From Candidatus Poribacteria bacterium (GTDB taxonomy: Bacteria; Poribacteria; WGA-4E; GCA-2687025), in assembly GCA_018644665.1 (NCBI GenBank), contig JABGQA010000077.1, positions 3,263-67,262 of the forward strand: a DNA stretch of 64,000 nt. The letters are read 5' to 3'. Below the pieces are notes generated by a model. That model saw only the letters and a program-made list of their open reading frames with translations, did not search any database and had not been told where the DNA came from. Shown here one piece after another: positions 10,548 through 19,126 of this stretch (within the stretch, counting starts at the first letter, position 1; each line of letters starts with the position of its first letter). Made by a program: the position numbers and the translations under genes.

Positions 10548-10817
10548 CTAGCCGGCTACGATCTCGCGATTGTAGAGGCGCATCAGTCGCGACTTGCGAC
10601 GGGACGCTGTCTGCTTCTTGATGACGCCCTTCTTCGCCGCCTTGTCCAGCTTGCTGATGGCCTTCCGCAGGCTGTCCTGCGCGTCGTCGTCCTTGGCCGC
10701 GATGCCGACGCGCGCGGCCTTGATGGCGGTGCGCATCGTTGATCGCGTGTGTCGGTTCCGCTCAGCCTTGCGCGCATCCGCGCGGATATGCTTCTTAGCG
10801 GACGGAAGATTCGGCAT
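10548..10817 (-). CDS. rpsT: 30S ribosomal protein S20
   Basis: MPNLPSAKKHIR...RN...S.MRTAIK...LDKAAKKGVI...ASRRKSRL. Confidence 0.97.
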   Translation of the reverse strand: MPNLPSAKKHIRADARKAERNRHTRSTMRTAIKAARVGIAAKDDDAQDSLRKAISKLDKAAKKGVIKKQTASRRKSRLMRLYNREIVAG

Positions 10818-11097
10818 TCGTGATCTCTCTCAGCTCAGGGTCACCTGTGGCGCACGTCGCGAGGCGTCCAGAGTATCGCGTTCGGGCGCTCGGCGGCCCG
10901 GTAGCGTGCAGTTAGCAAGTGTATCGCCCCACGGCCAGTCGGTCAAAGGAATCGCCTCCCGGCCGTGATCGCGTGGCCCGTCGTGCTGAGTGGCCGCAAA
11001 GGGTGCGGTGGCGTGTTGATCGAGCAGTTGGGCGCGAGCCCAAGCGCATGTGGGCTACCGTCTGCGGACCGCGCGGCGCCAAAGCGGGAGGCCGGCG

Positions 11098-12009
11098 ATG
11101 ATTCGAGCGATTCCTGCGCTGTGTCTGGCGACGTCGATGGCGGCACTGGCGGCGCAGCGGCTGCTGGGCCGCATCGCGTACCGCACAAGCGAGTGGTCCA
11201 GCAGTCGCGTCGTTGCGATGGATGCGGCTGGAGGCGATCATATCCAACTCGCGCGCGTGCCGGACAGTGGCTTCCCGCACTGGTCCCCGGATGGCACTCG
11301 CGTCGCCGTGGGTCACCAGACCATGGACCTGGACGGCCGTGGCCCCGACACCGTGTAGCCTGACCACGAGATCGTCGACTGGTCGCAGGATGGAGAGTGG
11401 TTCGCTGTCCTCGATAGGAAGGGCGGCGAGCGGGGTGGTCACGCCGTCGCGAGTATCCGCGCCGACGGATCCGGTTTCCAACGGCTCACGGACCCCGAAT
11501 TCACGCACATGTCGCCCGTCGAGTTGTCGCCGATCGGCTCGCGTCCGCTCGTGGCGGGCATGCGCGGCTCCGGCTGCGTGAGTTACCTGGTTGACGCCGG
11601 TGCAGGCACGCTGGGCCAGTTGATCCCGACCGGCGTCGGCGCGTATGGCGCGCACCGGTCAGCCGCCGGGGCCATCTACTACGTGCCCAACAGCACCGCG
11701 CTGGGCGGCCTACGGCGCGTCGATATCCGGGATAGGTCCATCACCCAACTCCAGGCGGGCTGGCGCATCCGCCGCTTGCGCGCGATGTCCCCTGACGGGC
11801 AGTGTCTGCTCCCAGAGGGGGAGCCGTTCGGGGCGAGGCGGCGTACCTATCGGCGTACGACCTTCAGGGCGCCTTGGTCGCGCCGACCCCGTCGAAGGCC
11901 CGGTGGCCTGGCAGCCGCCGGTTGGTTTATCCCGCGATCGCTGCTGGCGATGTCGCCGGCCGGGAAACGGGCGGTCACATGGGGCGCGCTTCGCTCGGGC
12001 GTCGACTGA
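11098..12009 (+). pseudogene. interrupted secreted TolB-like (PD40) beta-propeller protein with C-terminal sorting-like tail
   Basis: Signal peptide, GRIAY, PHWSPDGTRVA; in-frame TAG at 11356-11358 followed in the same frame by DWSQDGEWF...DGSGFQRLT; probable compensating frameshifts near 11820-11920; ends AMSPAGKRAVTWGALR. Confidence 0.7.
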
Positions 12010-12085
12010 ACGCCACTGAGCTGCCTGTTGTGTGGACGCGCTCGCCCGCTCTCGGGTCGCGGAATACCGCTCGTCCCGACGCCGC

Positions 12086-12493
12086 CTACGGACCGTCGTA
12101 GCCCGCCGCCTGCCACTCTCCCAGAACGCGGAACGTCTTGACGACTCGGTTCTCGGCGGGCGGATGCTTCGCGAGGAACGCCTCAAGCGCGTCTGCGTCG
12201 GCGAAGCGGTAGACGCCGCCGAACTCGTTCCTATCGAAGTTACCGACGAACGTCTTCGCCTGAAAGCCTTCGATCGCGTCACGCGTGTAGTCCTCGCTGA
12301 GCTTGCGCACTCCGGCCGCGGCGTACTCCTCGGTCCACGCTGACTCCGGCTGGAACGACGTGACCATGACGTAGCGGACCACCGCTGGGTCGTCCGGCGG
12401 CCCGGCTCCGTCCGCGATGGCGCTACCGCCCACCGCAACGCCTACCCCGAGCAATGCGCCCAGCAACGCCGCGAACAGAGTACGACCGGACAT
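12086..12493 (-). CDS. secreted YdhR-like dimeric alpha/beta-barrel protein
   Basis: Signal peptide ending AIA; GFQAKTF...EFGGVYRFADADALEAFL resembles the YdhR/monooxygenase core. Confidence 0.6.
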   Translation of the reverse strand: MSGRTLFAALLGALLGVGVAVGGSAIADGAGPPDDPAVVRYVMVTSFQPESAWTEEYAAAGVRKLSEDYTRDAIEGFQAKTFVGNFDRNEFGGVYRFADADALEAFLAKHPPAENRVVKTFRVLGEWQAAGYDGP

Positions 12494-12566
12494 AGACTCT
12501 TTCCCCTAGTCATAGAGCGACACGAGGCGAACCGGGGTAGAGCCACCCGCCGGCGGCATCCGTCGC

Positions 12567-14174
12567 CTAGGGCGCCTCGCGCGACGCCTGCCACGTAGAC
12601 CAGTTCCCCGTGACGAACCGGAGTCGCGTGGACCCCTCCTCGAACACGAGCAAGCGCGTCGCCACCTTATCCACGAAGAAGCGATCGTGGCTAACGACGA
12701 TCACCCCACCGGGGTAGTGGGCCAGAGCGCGTTCCATCACCTGCGAACTCGTGAGGTCGAGGTGATTCGTGGGCTCGTCGAGGATGATGAGGGGCGCGCC
12801 GGAGAGCAGGCACAGAGCCAAAGCCACGCGCGCCTGCTCCCCGCCCGAGAGAGTGCCGATCTGCTGTCGCAGGTCCATCTCGGAGAACCGCATAAGCGAT
12901 AGGAACCGGTTGACCTGCTTTCGTGGCGCGCGATCGCCGAGACCTGACGTGTTCACCACGTGGGTCACTGTGTCGTTCAGGTTGAGGTCGTCGCGGATGG
13001 CGTTGAAATAGGCGTAGGGAATGTCCCCGCGGCCCCATCGCACGTCGCCCGTGTCTGGCAGTTCGGCATCCGTGAGCACGTTCAGTAGCGTGCTTTTCCC
13101 GCAGCCGTTTGGGCCGACTACCGCCAGCCGCTCGCGTCGATGCACCTCGAAGCCGACTTCCGAGAACAACTCCTGGCCGTCGTACCCTTTGGACAGGTTC
13201 TCGACGCGGCACAGTATCTCCGGCGCGCTCAGCCCTCGGTATATGCCGGTGAGTATCCGGTCGACGGGGCGAGGCTCGACGGAGCGCTTGATGTTCGCCA
13301 GCTTGCGCTTCATGTGGTCGCTGGGGTTCTTGCGCGCTTCCTCGCGGTCGCGGATCGCCTCCGCCTCGAAGGCGAGCAACTCCTGCTCGTACTGGAACTG
13401 TCGCTCCATGCGTTTCAGCCGTATGGGCTTCTCACGGACGTACTGTGTGTACCCTCCGGCGTATTCGTGGAGGTGGAAGTTCTCTATCTCGACGACCCGC
13501 GTCACCACGGAATCCAGAAAGTGGCGATCGTGCGACACGACGATGAGAGCGCCGTTCAGCTTAACGAGCCACTGCTCGAGCCATGCGAGGCCCTCTATGT
13601 CGAGGAAGTTCGTGGGCTCGTCCAGCAGCAGTAGGTCGGGGTCTTGGAGCAGGATCTTCGCGAGCGCCGCTCGGTTCTGCCACCCTCCCGACAACTGCTC
13701 CACGGGACGATCCGCGTGGACCTCGCTGAATCCCAGCTTCGTCAGGACCGTCTCGATCTGGCTCTGGTAGGTCCACCCGTCGATGCGCTCCATCTGTTCG
13801 AGCAGCGCGGACTGACGCGTGATGAGCTTGTCGATGTCGTCGGCCTCGGCCATCGCGGCCTCGACCTCACGGAGTTCCTTGTCCAGGGCGTGCACCTCTG
13901 GGAACAGCCCGTCCAGGATTTCGCGGATGGACATGCCGCCGCTGAGCGTCGAGAACTGCGAGAAGTAGCCCACGCTGGCATCCGCCGTTACGTCGACGGC
14001 GCCGGAGTCCGGTTCCTCCTGGCCGAGAATCATGCGGAATATGGTCGTCTTGCCCGAGCCGTTCTTCCCGATGAGCCCGACGCGTTCGCCCGCCTGGAGG
14101 CGGAAGGAGACGTCCCGCAGGACGCGGTTCGCATCGTAGCTCTTCGAGACGCTATGCAGACGTATCAGGCTCAT
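12567..14174 (-). CDS. ABC-F family ribosome-associated ATPase
   Basis: Two ABC domains (GKNGSGKT / GPNGCGKS, LSGGW / LSGGE, LLDEPTN twice, SHDR twice), no TM; start MSLIRLHSVSKSY. Confidence 0.93.
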   Translation of the reverse strand: MSLIRLHSVSKSYDANRVLRDVSFRLQAGERVGLIGKNGSGKTTIFRMILGQEEPDSGAVDVTADASVGYFSQFSTLSGGMSIREILDGLFPEVHALDKELREVEAAMAEADDIDKLITRQSALLEQMERIDGWTYQSQIETVLTKLGFSEVHADRPVEQLSGGWQNRAALAKILLQDPDLLLLDEPTNFLDIEGLAWLEQWLVKLNGALIVVSHDRHFLDSVVTRVVEIENFHLHEYAGGYTQYVREKPIRLKRMERQFQYEQELLAFEAEAIRDREEARKNPSDHMKRKLANIKRSVEPRPVDRILTGIYRGLSAPEILCRVENLSKGYDGQELFSEVGFEVHRRERLAVVGPNGCGKSTLLNVLTDAELPDTGDVRWGRGDIPYAYFNAIRDDLNLNDTVTHVVNTSGLGDRAPRKQVNRFLSLMRFSEMDLRQQIGTLSGGEQARVALALCLLSGAPLIILDEPTNHLDLTSSQVMERALAHYPGGVIVVSHDRFFVDKVATRLLVFEEGSTRLRFVTGNWSTWQASREAP

Positions 14175-14441
14175 GCCCGGAGACTCATGGACGTGGGTGT
14201 GCGCGGCGGGCACATAGAACAACGCCGCGCGCGTACCGTCAAGCCACGTGCACGCTGCTCGGCCGAGACGCGTCACGGACGTGGCCGTCTCGGCCGGACC
14301 TCGCGCCAACTTCGCACATCGCTCGTCGGCGGATGCGGTTGTGGCAGGGCGCCGCTATCTTTGTGCACGAGGTAGCGCAGACACCCGAACGGGCCCGCCC
14401 TCGGTCGCGTATGGGTTCCGTTCTTGCTGGAGTGTTCCGGC

Positions 14442-16523
14442 ATGTCCATAGACGCATCCCGTAGGATCGTGCGACGGCGCCGCGCACACGTGCTTCTCGC
14501 CGCGGCCCTCATGGTCGGCGCCACCTCGGTTGTCCACGGTGTGGGAGGCGGGAATCTGCTCGCGAACAGCGGGTTAGAGAGCGGCGCCCCGGGGCCGTGG
14601 ACCCTATACGGCGACGCGACGATGCGTGTCGTCAACACGCAGACGCCGGAAGGGGATCACGCGCTCGAAGTGACGGTGACTGACCGAGGAGCGAACCCAT
14701 GGGACTCGGGGCTCTCCTACCCGAATCTCGCTTTCGAGGCGGGCAAGCTATACAGGCTGACAGCTCTGCTCAGATCGCCGGACGGCATGCGCATCACGTT
14801 CAAGCCATCGAGCGTAGGACCGCTCTGGACGGCGTACGGAGACAGGACATTCACGCTGACAGACGCGTGGCAGCGATACACCATCGTGACGCCCGTCATC
14901 ACCTCGGACGTCATTCCGGCCGAACTCCAGTTCCACATCGCCTTCGATGTCGGTACGTTGCTGATGGACGACGTCGACTTCAGCGCCCTAGCGACGCCAC
15001 CGAGTCACCCGGGCTCGAATGTGTTCGATGACGCGCGACCCCGGCAGAAGGGCATCGCGTACAGCAGTTGGATGTCCGGCGGGTATTCCACGCCCGCCGC
15101 GGACAGAGCGCTGGCAGAGCTAGAGTCGACCGGGGCTACGTGGATCAGCCTTCTTGTGGTGGGCTTTCAGGACACGATCTCCTCCACGGACATCTCCGCG
15201 CGCGACGACCTGACGACGACTGATGAGGATTTGGCGCACGCGATCGGTGACGCCCATCGGTTGGGGTTGCGTGTCATGCTGAAGCCGCACGTCGAGCTGG
15301 TCGAGCTCACCGAGCATTGGCGTGGGCAGATCGGCGAAGAGTTCGTGACCGAATCGACATGGCTCGATTGGTTCGGTGCCTACCGGGAGTTCATCTTCCA
15401 CTACGCTGAGCTGGCCGCGACGCACAGCGTCGATCAGTTCTGCGTCGGCACTGAACTGCCCGGTACAACGCACCGAGCCGATGAGTGGCGAGAGCTGATC
15501 GACGGCGTGCGCGAGCGCTTCTCGGGCCCGCTTACCTATGCGGCCAATCCGGGCGAGGAACTCGCCATCGATTGGTGGGACGCGCTCGACCTCATCGGCG
15601 TCGACGCGTACTACCCAGTCAGCGACACGGACGAGACGACCCCGGAGGGTCTGACGAGTGGTTGGCAGGCCCACCTGCCCGTGCTGTCCGCGTTGGCATA
15701 CCGATGGGCCAAACCGATCGTTCTGACTGAGATCGGCTATCGGAGCCTGGATGGGGCGAGCCGCCACCCGGGCGATCACGCCGTCATGGGCGTCGTCGAT
15801 CCGCAGGAACAAGCGGACTGCTACCAAGCCGCGTTCGAGGGCCTGTACGATCAGCGTTGGCTCGCGGGGATGTATTGGTGGGAGTGGCATGCCAACCCCT
15901 TCACCGGCGGGCCTTGCGACACGGACTACACGCCACATCACAAGCCAGCCGAGAACGTGCTGCGTTCCTGGTATGGCGCGCCGCCGCTCTCGATGCCGCT
16001 GTCGTCGTCCGATCACCGGTCGACGCCCGACTACAGCAACGTGGTCGACATCTACACTGATGCCTTGGGAGAGGGGTGGGAGGGCCGGTCCTGGGCCTAT
16101 CATCAAGACCTGTCCGCGTCAGACCGGGTGTACGCTGGCGTCCATGCGTTGTCTGCTTCCCTGCAGCCCTTTGAGGGCCTGCGCTTCTCCCGGCGAGCGT
16201 TGGACACAGCGCCCTATGACTGGCTGGACCTCCACGTGCGCTCGGAGAGTGACGACCTGCTGCCACTATGGGTGTTCTTCCATGACGAGCACGGGCAGAT
16301 CCAGAGAACGTGTGAGCTAACCGCGAATCCTGAGCACGTCGTTGCGGAGCCGGGCCGATGGCGGGATGTGCTGCTTCCCTTGGCCGCACTGCTTCCCGCG
16401 GGTCGCACGGTGAACTCTCTGACCTTCCAGAACTTCGATACACGCCCGCTGCGTGTATGGATCGACGAAGTTAGGCTGGTCGCGGGGGCTCAGCCAGAAC
16501 GACCCGCTCCTCTACGCGAGTGA
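14442..16523 (+). CDS. secreted GH113-like glycoside hydrolase with N-terminal CBM4/9-like and C-terminal carbohydrate-binding-like domains
   Basis: VMLKPHV, WRGQI, VGTEL, LTYAAN, WWDALDLIGVDAYYP, VLTEIGY, GMYWWEW; NLLANSGLE start typical of CBM4/9. Confidence 0.85.
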   Translation: MSIDASRRIVRRRRAHVLLAAALMVGATSVVHGVGGGNLLANSGLESGAPGPWTLYGDATMRVVNTQTPEGDHALEVTVTDRGANPWDSGLSYPNLAFEAGKLYRLTALLRSPDGMRITFKPSSVGPLWTAYGDRTFTLTDAWQRYTIVTPVITSDVIPAELQFHIAFDVGTLLMDDVDFSALATPPSHPGSNVFDDARPRQKGIAYSSWMSGGYSTPAADRALAELESTGATWISLLVVGFQDTISSTDISARDDLTTTDEDLAHAIGDAHRLGLRVMLKPHVELVELTEHWRGQIGEEFVTESTWLDWFGAYREFIFHYAELAATHSVDQFCVGTELPGTTHRADEWRELIDGVRERFSGPLTYAANPGEELAIDWWDALDLIGVDAYYPVSDTDETTPEGLTSGWQAHLPVLSALAYRWAKPIVLTEIGYRSLDGASRHPGDHAVMGVVDPQEQADCYQAAFEGLYDQRWLAGMYWWEWHANPFTGGPCDTDYTPHHKPAENVLRSWYGAPPLSMPLSSSDHRSTPDYSNVVDIYTDALGEGWEGRSWAYHQDLSASDRVYAGVHALSASLQPFEGLRFSRRALDTAPYDWLDLHVRSESDDLLPLWVFFHDEHGQIQRTCELTANPEHVVAEPGRWRDVLLPLAALLPAGRTVNSLTFQNFDTRPLRVWIDEVRLVAGAQPERPAPLRE

Positions 16524-16677
16524 CGCTCCCGGACACGGCCGGGCGGACGGTGGGGTCCAATGCGCCGATCTCTCGGGCCGCCTCAACATCGTGCAGTCGT
16601 GCGTACATGGTAACGGTTGGCCGCTGCGGCACGTACACTGTCTCTCGGTCGGCGGCCGCCACCGAGAGGAACAGCGC

Positions 16678-17606
16678 ATGGCGGACGATGGCACCATCGT
16701 CGACACGCCTGCGCGAGCGCTTCACCACGTCCGCTGCGCTTTCCCCGAGCTCAACGCGAGCGACGCGCGAGCCCTCGACGACGGGTGGGCCAGCTATCCG
16801 TACATGGTCGACGACACGTGGGTCTTCCGCTTCCCCCGCGCGTTTCAGGTCGAGCGCCAATACCGCAAGGAGAGGCGGTTCCTTCCTCGTCTCGCCCCTC
16901 GGGTCACGATCGCGGTTCCGAGCATCGAATGCGTCGGCGTCCTACCGGACGGACGCGCGTTCATGGGGCATCGGGCGATCCATGGGGAGCCGCTGACGCG
17001 ACGTGGCATCGACGCGATGTCGACCGCGGCCCGCGACGCGGTGATCGCCCAGATTGTGGGCTATCTTCGCGCCCTGCACGGGTTCCCCTCGACGAAGCGC
17101 GGGAGATCGGCCTCCACGAAGGCCGCATGCGCGACCGGTACGAGGAGCTTGGCGAGGGCGCTCGTGAGCACGTGCTCCCCTCTCTGGGCGCGGCTGCCCG
17201 CGCCGACTGTGCCACACTGTTCGAGCAGTTCCTCGGCGACGCTGGGAACTTCGCGTACCGCGCCGTGGTGATCCACAGCGACCTCGGGGGCAGGCACGTG
17301 TTGATGGATGGAACGCCGCGGGCGGTGGGCATCATCGACTATGGCTCCGCGTGCATCGGCGATCCCGCCGGGGATTTCCGCCCGGCGCTGTTCGATTTCG
17401 GCGAGGAGTTCACACGCGAGCTGCTCGCCGATTACGGACACGATGATCCCGACCGGGCAGTGCGCAACGCCTACTTCTGCCGCGTCGCCGGCGCAATCGG
17501 TGGGTGGCTGGAGGGCGTCCGGGAAGGCGCCGAGTGGAAGATCGACAATAAGCGCGACGCCCTGCGCCACGCGCTGACAGCCTACACGGAGCGGCCAGGC
17601 GCGTGA
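16678..17606 (+). pseudogene. APH-family phosphotransferase split by a frameshift
   Basis: N-half (DGW..., WVFRFPR, LRALHGFP) and C-half (LDEAREIG..., IHSDLGGRHVL, GIIDYG, GDPAGD) are in different frames and join if one C is added in the CCCC run at 17085-17088. Confidence 0.8.
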
Positions 17607-17625
17607 TCGCCCAGCGCTATCGGGG

Positions 17626-19032
17626 TCAACGCAGGCGGTTGATGCCGTCGAACGCGGCGGTTTTGTAGCACTCGGCGAGCGTCGGGTAGTTGAAGACCGT
17701 GTCCACGAAGTAGTCGATCGTCCCGCCGAAAGCGAGCACCGCCTGACCAATGTGGATGAGTTCGCTCGCGCCCTCGCCGATGATGTGGACGCCCAGTAAC
17801 TCCCGGGTCTCCAGGTGGAACAGGAGCTTGAGCAGCCCGGTGGTGTCGCCCAGAATCTCGCCGCGCGCGATCTCCCGGTACTGCGCCTTCCCGACCTCGT
17901 ATGCAACGCCGTCGTCGGTGAGTTCCTCCTCCGTGCGTCCCACCATTGCGATCTCCGGGATGGCGAAGACGCCGTAGGGGAACAACTCGGGCATGCTCTT
18001 GCACTTCTCGCCGAAGGCGTGACAGGCAGCGAGGCGTCCTTGCTCCATCGACGTCGACGCGAGGCTCGGGAAGCCCACGACGTCCCCGACCGCGTATATG
18101 TTCGGGACATCCGTGCGGTAGTCGCCATCGACCTTGATGCGCCCTCGCGCGTCGGCGGACAGGCCCGCCGCGGGCAGGTCGAGTCGCCCCGTGGCGCCAG
18201 TGCGGCCGATGCTGTAGAGGGCTTTCTCCGCGTTGATCTGCTTGCCGCTGGCCAGATGGATGCGCACCCGCTCGCCGAGCGTGGGGTCGTCGTACCGCTC
18301 GACGTCGCTCACCTCTTCGCCAAGACGGAAGCTGCATCGGCCCTGGCGCAGGTGGTAGACGAGGCTGTCGATGATCTCGTGATCGACGAAATCCAGGAGT
18401 CGAGGCCGCTTGTCGATGACCGTGACGCGAACGCCCAGCGTGGTGAACATGCTCGCGTATTCGAGCCCAATGACGCCGCCACCAACGACGGCGAGCGTGT
18501 GCGGCAGCCTGTCTAGCGTCAGGACATCGTCACTGGTGAAGATGTGCGAGCCGTCGAAGGGTATGTGGTCGTCGCGCGTCACTGAAGTGCCAACGGCGAT
18601 GACGACCTTGTCAGTGGTGACGTCACGCCATCCCGCGCGGCCGACGAAGCCGAGTCGCACCGTGTGGTCGTCCACGAACGACGCTTCCGCCTCGAGTACT
18701 TCGACGTCGTTTCGCATGAGTTGATGGCGCATCACGTCCGCCTCGTGACGGATCACGTGGTCGGCCCGGAACAGCAGATCCTCCATCGTGATGTGCTCTT
18801 TGACCGCGTACGAGGCGCCGTATACCTCGTGCTCGCGGTACCCGGACAGGCGCATCACCGCCTCGCGGAGGGTCTTGCTCGGGATAGTGCCGGTGTTCAC
18901 GCACACGCCACCGACGACGGCCTTCCGCTCGACGAGGCCGACACGTTTCCCCAGCTTGGATGCCTGGATCGAGGCGCGATGTCCCGCCGGTCCCGACCCA
19001 ATGACGATCATGTCGTAATCGAACTCAGGCAT
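17626..19032 (-). CDS. sthA: soluble pyridine nucleotide transhydrogenase
   Basis: GSGPAG, GGVCVNTGTIPSKTLRE (single Cys), GFPSLASTSMEQGR, FNYPTLAECYK. Confidence 0.93.
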   Translation of the reverse strand: MPEFDYDMIVIGSGPAGHRASIQASKLGKRVGLVERKAVVGGVCVNTGTIPSKTLREAVMRLSGYREHEVYGASYAVKEHITMEDLLFRADHVIRHEADVMRHQLMRNDVEVLEAEASFVDDHTVRLGFVGRAGWRDVTTDKVVIAVGTSVTRDDHIPFDGSHIFTSDDVLTLDRLPHTLAVVGGGVIGLEYASMFTTLGVRVTVIDKRPRLLDFVDHEIIDSLVYHLRQGRCSFRLGEEVSDVERYDDPTLGERVRIHLASGKQINAEKALYSIGRTGATGRLDLPAAGLSADARGRIKVDGDYRTDVPNIYAVGDVVGFPSLASTSMEQGRLAACHAFGEKCKSMPELFPYGVFAIPEIAMVGRTEEELTDDGVAYEVGKAQYREIARGEILGDTTGLLKLLFHLETRELLGVHIIGEGASELIHIGQAVLAFGGTIDYFVDTVFNYPTLAECYKTAAFDGINRLR

Positions 19033-19126
19033 ATATTCCCCGCTGCAGTTGGGTCTCAGGCGGATCTGCACGCAAAGTCTACCGCATGGGCATGCGGCGG
19101 GTATCGGCTCGACGGCGGGACGCCGG

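Noticed and set aside
11356-11358. Amber readthrough, pyrrolysine or TAG recoding
   Set aside because: TAG is the normal stop of many conserved genes here (def, larE, the sigma factor, rpsT, amtB), no pyl genes are in the window, and the gene has other lesions.
12567-17606. Antibiotic-resistance island (ABC-F plus APH kinase)
   Set aside because: These are broad housekeeping or metabolic families; there are no mobile-element signatures and no recognisable closeness to known resistance alleles.
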